DNA of 64,000 nucleotides from a virus (taxonomy: Duplodnaviria; Caudoviricetes), in IMG/VR virus record IMGVR_UViG_3300037478_000646, positions 1 through 64,000 of that record; one strand, written 5' to 3'. Of the stretch, positions 35,346 through 47,200 are shown piece after piece (within the stretch, counting starts at the first letter, position 1; the number at the start of each line of letters is the position of its first letter). Position numbers and translations under genes: made by a program. The notes under the pieces are model-generated. The model was not told where the DNA came from. It did not search any database and was given only the letters and a program-made list of their open reading frames with translations.

Positions 35346-35421
35346 CTGATGATAGCTCAGAGGGTAGAGCGTCGGACTTGTAATCCGAAGTGCACCGGTT
35401 CGATCCCGGTTCATCTTTCCA
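35346..35421 (+). tRNA. tRNA-Thr(UGU)-like gene with mismatched acceptor end (possibly non-chargeable)
   Basis: D arm TAGCTCAGAGGGTAGAGC, anticodon arm TCGGA-CTTGTAA-TCCGA, T arm ACCGG-TTCGATC-CCGGT, encoded CCA; pairs 1:72 and 2:71 are C/T and T/T mismatches. Confidence 0.75.
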
Positions 35422-35423
35422 AC

Positions 35424-35451
35424 GGGCCGGGGGCAGGCTAGCTCCCGGTCC
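35424..35451. terminator. GC-rich hairpin at the convergence of plus and minus transcription units
   Basis: GGGCCGGGGGC-AGGCTA-GCTCCCGGTCC. Confidence 0.45.
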
Positions 35452-35555
35452 ACCATTTCACTGGCCGGTCAGTAATACCAGTCCGATCTTTGGCAGATTA
35501 TACCCGATCTGAAATGTCAGATAGCCAAGCGCGGCAATCAAGAGCGCCTTGGATA

Positions 35556-35897
35556 TCAGGGCCCATTGATCACTTCCCCAACTTCGCTCAGGGAGTACCC
35601 GGTTGCCAGCATGCCCGCCGCGAACAGAACTCTCAGCATGGACGGAGATACCAGGAACGCTATGAGGCCCGACATGGATGAAGCGCCCGGCGCCGACTTT
35701 CGATAGGTTTCCAGCGTTGCTTCTACTGCGTCCAGGCGCGACAATATCCCGTACCTGTAATGGCGCGTTTCCTGCTGATGCAGTTTCAGATTGGCGTCGA
35801 GGCTCGCCAGACCGGTCGCCGTATGCTTGTCGAGCTCGGCCAGCCGCGTTTCGATGCCCATTAATGCCCGGTATATCTGGTGCTCGGTAAGGACCAT
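35556..35897 (-). CDS. Lysis-region membrane protein (coiled coil plus C-terminal TM)
   Basis: Position after spanins; hydrophobic C-terminus. Confidence 0.5.
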   Translation of the reverse strand: MVLTEHQIYRALMGIETRLAELDKHTATGLASLDANLKLHQQETRHYRYGILSRLDAVEATLETYRKSAPGASSMSGLIAFLVSPSMLRVLFAAGMLATGYSLSEVGEVINGP

Positions 35898-36103
35898 ACG
35901 TGTGCCGCTCCACAGAAGAATCGCTAACAGCCATGAAATTCAACCCCTCCAATTTTCATACTTGCGCAGTTCCCGTCTATTCGCTAAACGAATTATAGAA
36001 GGGCCGACTGATCGGTGCTCATCGACTCACCCGAAGCTTCTTGCCGGTGAGTATGGTTTTCATTTTTCGCATAACGGGGACCACCCTTCACTGATTTTCC
36101 GGA

Positions 36104-36478
36104 TCAAGATCCGACCAGCACCACGAACGTCATCCAGCCCGATATGATCGCCGTGATAAGGCTTGCCGACAGGAGTAGCCACGCGCCGGCGCCGACAGCG
36201 ATCAACGCCGGCGATGCGACAGCGACGGCGATCGTCAGCAGATGCATCGCCCCCTGCAGGCCATCAGCACGCGCTCGCTGGGCATTGCGGATCTTGCGCA
36301 TGCCAGTGATGACGTTGCTCTGCCCCTTGATTTCCATGACCGCCACGCGCAGGTCAGCACGGTTGGCGGACGCCTTCAGATCACGCTCGACATCGGATCC
36401 GATCGACAGCGCCGCCGCGAGGAATCCGATATAGATGGCAATGAAGAGCTTGAGCCTGTCTCTCATGATGTCCGGCAC
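36104..36478 (-). CDS. Lysis-region multi-TM protein (holin candidate)
   Basis: Three hydrophobic segments, downstream of spanins. Confidence 0.45.
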   Translation of the reverse strand: MPDIMRDRLKLFIAIYIGFLAAALSIGSDVERDLKASANRADLRVAVMEIKGQSNVITGMRKIRNAQRARADGLQGAMHLLTIAVAVASPALIAVGAGAWLLLSASLITAIISGWMTFVVLVGS

Positions 36479-36714
36479 CGTTCATAAGCCGAGATCGCCC
36501 GGCTCAGCGCTTTGTTCTTCTGATGCCCTTGCACGATCAGCCGGCCGGCGACTTCCGGCCCAGTCCGCCCCTTGACGATGGGCGCGCGGCTGGCTTCAGC
36601 GACGATATCGCGCGGCATTTCCGGGCATTTGAGTGACGTCTCAATGCTGGCCGGCGAGCTGCCGCAGCCGGCCAAGCTCGGCATCAGACAGCACACAAGA
36701 AGAATTTTCCACAT
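36463..36714 (-). CDS. O-spanin (Rz1-like lipoprotein)
   Basis: MWKILLVCCLMPSLAGC lipobox; overlaps the i-spanin 3' end. Confidence 0.75.
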   Translation of the reverse strand: MWKILLVCCLMPSLAGCGSSPASIETSLKCPEMPRDIVAEASRAPIVKGRTGPEVAGRLIVQGHQKNKALSRAISAYERCRTS

Positions 36715-36955
36715 TGATGTAGCTTTCAAGTGTTTCGTTGAGCCGATCGATTTCCGCCCGATCGGCATCGGACTGTGCGGCATCGGCACGGATGATCTCA
36801 TCCTTGACTTTCGCCGCCTGCCGCAGGGCATCGACCTCAGCCCGGTAAGGAGCCGCTGCATCATAGCGGATCCACCCCACGGCAATGATGCCGGCAAGGA
36901 TCAGGAAAAGGTATTTTCCAATCCCGCCCGTTATGAATGACCAGATTGCAATCAT
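36641..36955 (-). CDS. I-spanin (Rz-like)
   Basis: N-terminal TM plus coiled coil, immediately after the endolysin. Confidence 0.7.
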   Translation of the reverse strand: MIAIWSFITGGIGKYLFLILAGIIAVGWIRYDAAAPYRAEVDALRQAAKVKDEIIRADAAQSDADRAEIDRLNETLESYINVENSSCVLSDAELGRLRQLAGQH

Positions 36956-38163
36956 CGGCTCGCATTCGCTCCCGTCTGATGATCATCGAGACGCGCGGAC
37001 TGAACGCTCTTGAACTGGCGATAGAGCAGATAGGCGACGAGAATGACGATCAGATACCAATGCTGCTGGAAAAAGCTCAGCGCATCCGTGAAGCCCATGG
37101 TGAGCGTCTTCAGCGTAGTGATCTCCTTCAGCAGATCGCCGGCGCCCGTGAGCGCGTCTACGCCCTGGCTGACGGCGTAGATCACCGTGCTGGCGCCGAC
37201 AGTCGCAATGGTCTTGACGCCCTTGTCTGCCGCCGTGACGATGCGAGAGCCCTGTTCGCGCAGATCATCAAGCGTTTCATCCGCACGTTCGCCGGCCGGC
37301 ATCGGCGCAGCTGCTTCCGCGTTCAACGCCGCCCGCGTGACAGGGCCGATGATGCCATCTGTCTGGAGACCATTTTCAGCCTGAAACGCCAGCACGGCCG
37401 CGCGCGTGCGCGATCCGAAGATGCCGTCGGAGCGGCCGGCCTGATAGCCGAGCGCCTTGAGCCGGTCCTGAAAGATCCGCACCAGTTCGCCGCGATCGCC
37501 GACACGCAGATAATCGTCGACCGTTCGGCCGCTGACACCGATCACATCACATGCGCGCGAATACCAGTTCTGACGGCTTGCCCAGCCGATCGGATCCAGC
37601 TTCGAGAACGCATTGCCGCGATTGATGCCGTTGCAGACCGCCTTGAACCCGGATTCGCCGCGGTCGCAATAATCGACGAACTGCGAAAATTCCCAGCATG
37701 CGGCCTTCAGCGAAATATCGGCATTCTCGATCAGGATCGGATTGTTGCCGAGATCGACACCGATCGCTTCGCCCGCCTTCCGATAATTGTACTTGCCGGT
37801 AAGCTGGATCATGCCGCCGCCGCGATAGTCCCAGCCATCATCATCGCTGGTGCCGTCGTCTTCATTGCCGAGACGATGGCCATAGGCGGCATTGGCGGAT
37901 TTGCGGGCATTGCCGACGTTCGGCCGGATTCGTGCGGCCAGGCTCTTGGAGAAGATCTTCAGGTTGCTGTCCGACCAGCGCGTGTTTTCGCGCACGATCG
38001 TCAGACCGCCTGTCTCATGGCAGATCGTACCCAGAAACGCAGCCATGCGCAGCGGCGTATTGATGCCGGCCGCGTCCAGGACCGGTTTGCCGTTTACGAG
38101 GGCGTCAATATAATCGGACCGCGCATGAGGGCACAGCCGACGAACGATGTCTTCGGTTAGCAT
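36952..38163 (-). CDS. GH19 (chitinase-like) endolysin with peptidoglycan-binding domain and C-terminal TM region
   Basis: GINTPLRMAAFLGTICHETGGL, YRGGGMIQLTGKYNY; LKALGY...DGIFG.RTRAAV.AFQ...L..DGIIG. Confidence 0.9.
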   Translation of the reverse strand: MLTEDIVRRLCPHARSDYIDALVNGKPVLDAAGINTPLRMAAFLGTICHETGGLTIVRENTRWSDSNLKIFSKSLAARIRPNVGNARKSANAAYGHRLGNEDDGTSDDDGWDYRGGGMIQLTGKYNYRKAGEAIGVDLGNNPILIENADISLKAACWEFSQFVDYCDRGESGFKAVCNGINRGNAFSKLDPIGWASRQNWYSRACDVIGVSGRTVDDYLRVGDRGELVRIFQDRLKALGYQAGRSDGIFGSRTRAAVLAFQAENGLQTDGIIGPVTRAALNAEAAAPMPAGERADETLDDLREQGSRIVTAADKGVKTIATVGASTVIYAVSQGVDALTGAGDLLKEITTLKTLTMGFTDALSFFQQHWYLIVILVAYLLYRQFKSVQSARLDDHQTGANASR

Positions 38164-38182
38164 GAATTCCCCTTTCGAGCAT

Positions 38183-38206
38183 AAAAAAACCGCCTCGCAG
38201 GCGGTT
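38183..38206 (-). terminator. Intrinsic terminator after the giant gene
   Basis: Minus strand AACCGCC-TGCGA-GGCGGTT followed by a T run. Confidence 0.8.
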
Positions 38207-38229
38207 GACAAATTCAGATTGTCGGCAGG

Positions 38230-41200
38230 CTATAGAAGTTCAGGCACGTACAAATCGCTGAGCTCGGCATTCTCGCCGTCCTCAAGCAGGCGGCGCTTGA
38301 TCTCCGGCCAGTCCCGGCGCACGTCTTCATAGCTCGGCAGCTTGGCCTTGCGCATTCGCTCCATGAACATTTCGTGGATGACCGGCACGGCTGCTTCCAG
38401 CTCATCGAGAACCGGCTGTGTTTCGAGCGGCTTCTTCTGCGCCCAGCCTTCGACCTGTGCGGCGATCAGCGCGTTGCGCGCCTCGCGCATCTGGATGTTG
38501 GCCAGGATTTCCATCGCGGTGCGGCGCTCGCGCGGCCGGACCGTAATGCGCTCGTCATCCTCATCTTCGAGCCGGTTCAGATTAAGCGTCTTGCGCAGCT
38601 CGTTGGCGATCGAGACGACTTCCTCGGCGCGGATCAGCGGATGCAGATCGCGGTATTTGGCGTTGCGCCGTCCAGTCTGCGTTGCATGCAGGATGGCATA
38701 AGCCTTCTGATCATCGTCCAGCGATTTCAGATACTCGGACGCGGCCAGCGGATCGCGCGCCTTGTTAATATAGTATTTGTACCCGTTCGCCGCCGTCGCG
38801 AACTTGCCGGTGTTGCGCCCGATCAGTTCCCAGAAGTGACCGACCGATTGCGCACCGCGCGGCGCTTCCAGGCTGAACCGGCGTCCGATGATCGCATCGA
38901 AGACATCTTTCGTTGCCGTGCCGGGATCGATGTAATTGCCGGTCAGCGCGTCCGTGCCTTGCAGGAAAGCCCGCCCGTAGGACGCCCCGAATCCGGTGAT
39001 GAAATGATCGATATGAGCCGGCGAGACATTGATCTGCCGGCCGAGCATTTTCCCGAATTCGGAGGCATAGGCGTTGAACTGCAGATGCGGCGGCAGCGCG
39101 CGCAGATGATCCGCCACGATCTGGCGTTCGGTGAACGAGTCGTAATTGAACGCCAGTTCGATCGGCACTTTGATGCCCGGCACGTCAGTTGGCGGCAGGA
39201 CGATATGTTGCAATCCGTCAACGAACCGCTCCATTGCAAGCGGATCATCCTTCAACGTATATTCGAGCGTGCGTTCCATAAGATTCGAGAAGAACGCCAG
39301 TTCGAACGGCTTAGGAATGCGATACCATTCGCCATCGACCTTGAAGATCCAGTGCGTCGCGCGCATGTAGCTCGAAAATTCTTCATATTCCTCATCATCC
39401 TGATGCAACACCCAGATCGCCGCACCGATCAGGCCAACTGCAGCCACCTTGGCCCAGACCTTTGCCGCCAGCGGCAACTGGCGCCGCTCAGCAATGCTGA
39501 GCGGCTGGCCTCTCCGGCTCTTGATATAGGGCGAGATCGCATCGCGGATGATCCTGTCGTTGTTCACCTTACCGCGTAGGCCGCGAATGCCGCGGTCAAG
39601 CCCTTGCAGCGCGGCGTTGAAGAACGGAATGATCCGGCGCATGGCCAGCATCTTCGAACCGTGACGGCCGAAATCGATATAGTCCCGCGCCGCATAAGCT
39701 GCCTCGATCGCCGCTTCGTGCTTTGACAGACCGTCCCTTTGCGCGCGGTCATAGGCTTTCCTGAAAACGCCCAGGCGCGTGCCGGTTTCCGTGAATTCTG
39801 TTATGCGCAGGATGTTGGTGACCGGCGCATCGCGGAAATAGATGCCGCGGCGCTTGCGCAGATCGAGCACTTCCTGCTTGATGCGGGCATTGTGCAGCGT
39901 GGCCGTGTTGGCCCCGCCCATGATGCCGCCGACGCTCGAATAGATCCGGCCGATATCGCTGGCAGTCTTGTCATCATAGATACCGCGAATGCCGGACACG
40001 AACGGCGTGAACTCATCAGCAAGTATCCAGGCCGAAACCTGATCACGGATAAAGTTGGCAAAGATGAAATCCGGCGAGGCCGTGATCGCCGTGCGCAGGA
40101 TCGTAGCCGGCAGTGCCAGCATCGAGACATACCACGGCGTTATTTCCTGCCCGAGCGCCAGGATCGCATTCAGCATGTCCTTGCCGAACTGCTGATCCGC
40201 CAGCCGGATCGGAACGCGCTTGCCATCTTCCCACAGATAGACGATTGCCTCGCCCTTCTCGGAAACTTCGCCCGCGCGCCAGATCGTCGTGATCGCATCT
40301 TCGCCGATCAGCCCGTCAACCGCCTGCACCATGATCTGCAGATCGGCCGGGTCCACGCCGGCTTCCTTCGCCGCCAGTTGCAGCGCTTCCTGCACATTGA
40401 CGCGCGTGCCCTGCATTTCATGGGACGGAATCCGCTCGGCGAATGAGCCGCCATCCGGGCCGGCCGCCGTCGCCAGCGCATCGAGCGCCTTGATCGCATC
40501 GTTGCGCGCGATGATCATGGATGTGTCGTATGTGTCCTGCACGATGGATTCGAGCGGACTGATCACATCGCGCTGCGAGCCGCGGAACCGGCGCAATATG
40601 CCCTGCTTGTCTGGCCGGGCCGGAACGCCGCTGTGAACCTGGCCGAGATCGGCGCGGTCGCGCAGCACCGGCACGTAATCCGGCCGCCCGAGCAGCGTGT
40701 CGTAAATTTCCTGACTGATCAGCCCGGCCGCGAGCTTCTTGGCCAGCATGTTGTTCTGGAACTCGTACAGCATCTGCGCGGCCTGCTGGAACCCGGGATA
40801 GGCGCGTTCAAGCTCGGCGATATTCTGGAGATGCTCGGACTTCTTCACCTTGTCCGGCAGGGCGTCCAGCTCGCCATTAAAATACCGGTCCCATTCGCGC
40901 ACGAAGCGGCGCGAGGCCAGATAGCTGTCGAACCGGTCCTTGGCCTCGCTCTGCCATTGCGACCGGCTCTCGCCGCCGAACGCCGTCACCAGCGCTTCAT
41001 GGAAGGACGGCCCGGCCGGATCGAGTTCGTGATAGGGCCGCACGCCATGCTGCAGATCCATGTGGCCGGACGCATAGCCGTCGCGCGCGAGGCGCATCAG
41101 CTTGTACGGATCATTGACGGCCTTGATCGTCAGCCGGGCATCGTTCGGCAGATTGAGGTTCTTGCGCGCAACGGCCAGTAGGCCCTCGACCGTCTGCTTG

Positions 41201-44200
41201 ATCGGATGCAGATCGTCGATGGTCCATGTGTAGAGCCGTTCCACAAAGGCGTCGATCGTGTTCCAGACCTGATTGTCTTCGATGATGCGCCGGAACTTGG
41301 CCATCTGCCCGCCCGCCCGCGAAACGATATTGCTGACGATGACGCCCGCCGACGGAGCGGCAAGCCACTGCTGATAACCGGTCCGGATTTCGGTCAGCGT
41401 CTTCATCGTGCGCGGATCGTTCTGGCGCAGGAAAGCTTCGAACGCCTGCTCGAACCGTAGCGCCGTGCGCGTGCTTGCCGCCGGATTGGTGACATAGCGG
41501 CGGAACCATTCCGCAAAGCCCTCAGAGAGCGCGTCAGGGCCGGGAGAGGCCAGCGGCGTCAGCTCCGCAGCGTGCTGCTGCTTGATGGCGTCCAGCGCGC
41601 CCTTGTGCCGCCCTTCAAGCGCATGCCCGCCCTCATGGGCCAGCGTGTCGAGCTCGTTCAGGACGCGCAGCCGGATAACGCCGGAGACGGTGTTGTAATG
41701 CCCGCCAAGCCGCCGCCCGGCTGCCGCGGCCTGACGCTTCAGCGCCGAGCTTAACCGGCCCTGTCTGACCGTCAGGCCGAGACCGAGATTGAAGCGGCGC
41801 ACCATCGTTGCGAGACTTTGGCCGGGCCGGTCAAGGCCGGGCTGCGCCACGCGCGCCGGGCTGTCCGCCATCCGGCCCGCCGTTTCCAGCATCGGCTTGG
41901 TGACGTTCTCGATTTCTTCGACCAGCGCGCCGAACGGTCCGTCCCGGTCGCCGATCCTGCCGCTTGCCAGATCGGCGAAGACATCCTCGGCCGCGGCCCA
42001 GCCGCGCTGCATCAGCGCATTGCGGATGCGCTCATAGAACAGCCGGATGCGCTCGAACAGGCGCTCGACGATCGTGCCGGGCTGCTGCTGTTCGCCGCGC
42101 ATGTAGCGCTGGAACGCCATGGCGATGGCTTCCTCGATGATGTTCTCATCGGTGGCGGGCTTGCCGTACACGCGCTGATAGTCGCGGATCTCCGGCACGT
42201 CGAGCCAGCCCTGCGTTCTTGCCGCCGCCTTCAGCACATTCCACTCACCGGGCGTGAACAGGCCCATCGTGCGCAGCGCGTGCAGCGATTCATGATACGC
42301 TGTACCGATCGGGTCGAGCGCATTGCGAGCGATGACCATCAGGAGCTTTTCGCGGTCGAAATAGCCCTCGATGATAGGCTGGCGCTCATTCGGATCACGG
42401 CGGATCGTCAGCGGCTGGCCTTCGAGCAGCGAAGTGCGCATGGCGTCGGTGATGCGGAGGAAGGAATTGACTTCAAATGCTCCAGCATGCTTTTCGCGTT
42501 GAGCTTCAGCAACCATTTCGGCATGAAGACGATCTTGCTCATTCCGAAGACCTTCAAGACGCGTCATTGCATCATCAAAGCCAGCCTCGCGTCGAGCCAT
42601 CGGGCGAAGTTCCAATTCTTGCAGAGGTTCCATTTCGGCAAGCAAAGTATTCCACCGATCCAATAGTTCTTGGCTTGGTGTAGCTGGCCTCACCTGATCC
42701 TGTGAACGCTCCATAAGACGCACTTCTTCTACCCTCCCTCCCCATTTCTTCGTATATTTTTTCAGGAAGCTACCGATCTTCTGATCGTACTGGACGGAGA
42801 GAGCTTCGGCATCGCCGCCGACGGCCTTGGCAATCTGATCGCTCCGCGCCCATGATACGGCGTCATAGCCGTTTTCAGAGGCGTAGAGCAGAGCGCGCTT
42901 TAGAGCCAGTTCGAGCCACAGGTCGCCTTTGAAGGGGGCGTCGGGCATCGGTAGCAGACGAGTTTGGATCAGGTTATCACGAACCATCGTCCGACTCATG
43001 CCCCTTTCCAAGGTCGTAGCGGCGGCTTCAAGCGCTGGACGAGCGGCGATCACGTCTGCATCAGATGCATTCGTCTCTATGTGGTCGCGAATGCGCGCTG
43101 CAATATCTGTCGGAAGTTTAGCGCCTTCATCGGACTGGTCATAGATTTTCGTTGCGATTTCTACTACATTCTGACCTGATTTGGCATAGCCTTCTCTTCG
43201 CCCGCGCTGATGCCCGGTCGCCTGGATTTCATTGATAAAGAAAATCCGCTCGCCATTCGGGCCGATCCTGTCATCAGCCCTGAAATGCACGAGCACCGGC
43301 CCGCCGAAATGTGGCTCGCTGTATTCCCAGCCGGGCAGGAGGATTTTAAATTCGCGGTAGTTGGTTCCGCCGGGGACTTTGTAGCCGGAGAATTTCGTCG
43401 ACATTTCGTCGGCACCGGATCGCTTCGCATATGCGCCAGCAGCGAAATGTTCAGCCTGCGATAGGCTTTGCGCCGAATTAACTAAATTCCAATCACCATC
43501 ATAAACATCAAAGAAGGTAAAATCATCGCCAAGACCGTCTGGTGTCACGCCCTCAACAATATGATAGGTGTCTTCGGGAAAGCTGGCTTCCCATGCTCGC
43601 CCTGTCGGTATTGAAATTCCATCCGGAAGATTGCTTTCGATGCCGCTAATATCGCTGAGTTCGCGCATAGCCGGTGGCTGCGCAGACGCTTCGCCACCAA
43701 GAACCTTCTCATCCAGCACCACCTGATGCGCTCTCATGAACGCCAGCACTTCATTTTTCGTGAACCGGTCAAGCTGGATCTGATCCGATGCGAACCCGGC
43801 CTCGATGGCCACGGTCACATAATCGTTCTCATCGGCAAAATCGTAATCCTGCTCGACCTGTGCAACCGTGCTCAGGCTTTCATCAGCCAGATAAGTCTTG
43901 GCGGCGACGATCACGCGGTCTTCATAGGTTGGCTCTGTCAGCCATTCCCGCAGCCCCATCCAGTCCAGCTCGTCCTTGCGCACGCCGGGAGCCTTGGAGA
44001 TCATCGACCAGAATTGCTCGCCTGTGCCGCGCTCCTGCTTCAGCTGCTCGGCAGCGCGGATGGCTGGTGAATAGAAGCCGCGCAGGGAAAGCATCTGATT
44101 GATAGCACCCTGCCGTTCCTCGGCAGATACAGGCTCGCCGTTCTTTTTCGTGATCTTGACGAGGCTGTCGTCGAAAATTACGATGTTACGAGTGCCGTCT

Positions 44201-47200
44201 CCGGTGTCGCGTGAGCCTTGATCAAGGTAGCGTATGCCACTTATTCCTTGACTTTTCAGTAGTTTTGATACATCTTCTCTATTATCAAGATGACCCAGAA
44301 GTTCTCCGACATGGTCGAACTCACTTGCCCTCAATGCGGCACTAAGTTTTTCAGACACGCGTTCTATGTTGCTTTGCACACTCGCATGTTCTGCAGCGGC
44401 ATCTGCTATGGCAACTATCGCCGAAGCGGATCTTTCGATGCGAAGGGGTACAGAGTCACTTCCATCGACGGCAAAAAGGTCAAGGAACACAGACTCATCA
44501 TGGAGGCTGCCCTCGGGCGCAAGCTTCTTCCCAGCGAGAATGTCCACCACATCAACGGGAATAAGACCGACAACAGACTGTCTAATCTCAGGCTCATTGA
44601 GCACAGAGCGCATAGCCTTGACCATAATCCGACGCGATGGAGTATCGAGACCGCCGTATCCCTCCTTGCGGAAGGCTGGTCGCAACGCAAGGTCGCCAAG
44701 CGTCTCGGCGTCAGTCGCCAGTGCATGGTCCAATCTTTGAGAAGACGCGGCTTTTTGTAAAGCAGCCTTCACCTTCTCGCTCTGCTTCGATAGCGGCAAA
44801 TCCCAATCCAGCAACTGCTCTGGCTCAACGTCGATCTCGACTTCGTAGAGAGCGCCCTGTGTGCCGACATCGAATATCCCATCATCGATTGCGTCGATAA
44901 TCCGGTACGCATCGTTTATATCGGAATAGGGATTGTCAGCGCCTTGCTCGGCATATTGCGCCAGCCCTTGACGGGCGGCTTTCAGATCCGAGAGATTGCG
45001 GCCAACAATTTGCGTGATCGCATGATTTCTCGGCTGGAACGGATACCCGTTGATCGTCATCGTCTGCGCAGAAAGGTTGTCGCGATACGTCCCCGCAACC
45101 ATCTCATTCTCGGCAAAGTACAATCCGTGCCCGAATGCCTGCGCACCTTCGCCGGTCCCGATCCGGTCCATTGAGAACCGATCAAAATCATGCGGCGAGC
45201 CGTGAAAGCCGCGGATCGAGAGCATTGTCGGCACGCTGAAAAACCCGCGGCGGCGCGGCGACAGCGTTTCCATGAACGATGGCCCGCCGCCCGTATCAGG
45301 CAGCTCGATCCATTTATTGCGGCGGAAGAAGTCCGCAAACCGCTCCGTCTGGACGTTCTCGACATACAGCGCTTCCAGACCATCGGCGATGGCGATGTCC
45401 CGTGATGCTTCCAGCATTCTCCGGAACGCCCCGCGCCCGGTCTGCTCGACCTCGACAGATGCAATATCCAGCGTGTTGAGCATCACATTGCTATGCGGCG
45501 AGGGATGCACGGCGCGGCGCACATAGACGCGGAACCCTTCGCCGTTGATCCAGGCGTTGCGACGGCCGCTTTTCAGGAAGTCCGTCAGCTGTGTCTGCCA
45601 GTCGGCAAGCCCCTGCGGCGTCAGCGAAAGCTGTTCGCCGTTGATGCCGAGCCCGCCGAATATGGCGTCCTGAATGGACTTGTACCGCACATAGGATTCC
45701 GCCAGCACGGTTTCCTCATACAGCGCCGGATCGGCGTTGCGGATAGCCTGGAACGTCTGTTCGTCAAATGGGCGGACATCGTTCTGCAAATAGGCAACGC
45801 CATGTGATTCCATGTCGGATGCTATCCAGTCGGCCGTGTCGGCTTCGATCTTGCCGTCTTCGCCCAGGCGCAGGATCAGGCCCTGCATGCGCTCGATCAG
45901 CCGAAGCACGTCATCCATGGTGTAGGTCTTGCCGTCATAGGCGTCGATCAGCTTTTCCGGATCGAGCCGGACCGCATCATAGCCGGGCTTTGCGGCAACT
46001 TCCGGGTGCTGCTCGATGATGCCGTCGAGCAGTTTGATGACCGTCTCCGTTGCATCGGCCATCCTGACATAGCCGCGCGCCTGGCCTTCCAGATTACGCG
46101 GGCTGTCCGGTGCGCGGCGACGTAGATCAAGATGGGCTTCGGCTGCCTCGCGGAACTCCATGACCTTGGGAACCAGCGCGGACCGCAGAGCTTCTGCGCC
46201 ATATTCCTGAATTTTCTTGATGATGTCGGTTTCGGTGTATTCGAGCGACACATGCACATTGCTGCGATGTCCGGGAATATCAGAAATGCTCACGCCAAGG
46301 TAGCGCGTAACCGGCATGCTGCCCAAAGTTTGCACAGTCATGTCTGGCCAGTCTTTCATGCCGGCGCGCACGGCGCTGCGGATCACATCAAGATGCTTCG
46401 GCCGCAGTCCGACAACCTGCCGCGGGTCCCATTGCTGCGACCGGTCGATATCCTCCATTTCCGGCGGATAGGACTGCCGCCGAGCTTCGGGCGACAGGGT
46501 GCGCCATTTCTCGGCCAGCCGCGCCTCGGCTTCCCCGGCGATGCGCTCGTAAGCGTCCCGCTCAGTGTTCGTGACCGCAAATCCGGAGATGCCCTTGTCG
46601 ATGAAGTTTTTCTGCTCGGTCAGGGCGTCACGGATCTTTTCCAGTTCGCCAACGATGTTACTGCCCGGCCTGGCATTGGCGATCTGGTGATTGATCTCGA
46701 ACAGCGCCGCTTCGAGCCGGACCGTGTAAATTGCCTCGTTGCCGCCCGGCGCGAACCCTTCATAGTCCTGAATGAAATGCTGGATCTCGTGAACAAGCGT
46801 GTCGAACAGCGCATTGATGTCATCGGTGGCATTGACCTTGATGCCCATCCGCGAAGCCGACCCGCTCGGGCCGCCGAACTCGGCCTGCTGGATGCTGACC
46901 GGCAGATTTTCCATGAACGGATAGGCGGCAAAGAGTTGCGGCGCGCGCAGCAGCTCGCCCAGCGTGCCGTTGAACGAGTAATAGGATTCGGTCCCCTCGC
47001 CGAACACGGCGCGCACGGTCCTGTAGCGCAGCCCGTTCTTGCGGTTGCGGAGCAGGCCCTTCATGCGCTGCAATTCGGCTTCGCTCAGATTGGTTCTGCC
47101 GCCCTCGGCAAAGAATTCCTCCATGGCCGCGACCCGGCGCTCCGGATCGCCCCGGCCCTCCATCATGAAACGATGGAACAGGAACCCGAATTCCGTCTCG

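Noticed and set aside
35458-35952. 164-aa ORF overlapping 35556..35897
   Set aside because: Largely an alternative frame of the lysis-region gene with no clear RBS; only its hydrophobic last ~38 codons look protein-like, which is insufficient to call
44200-44800. Group I intron or intein carrying the HNH gene
   Set aside because: The HNH ORF is antisense to the host gene, the host frame has no stop, and no intein termini or group I core were recognised by eye. Needs RT-PCR to exclude fully.
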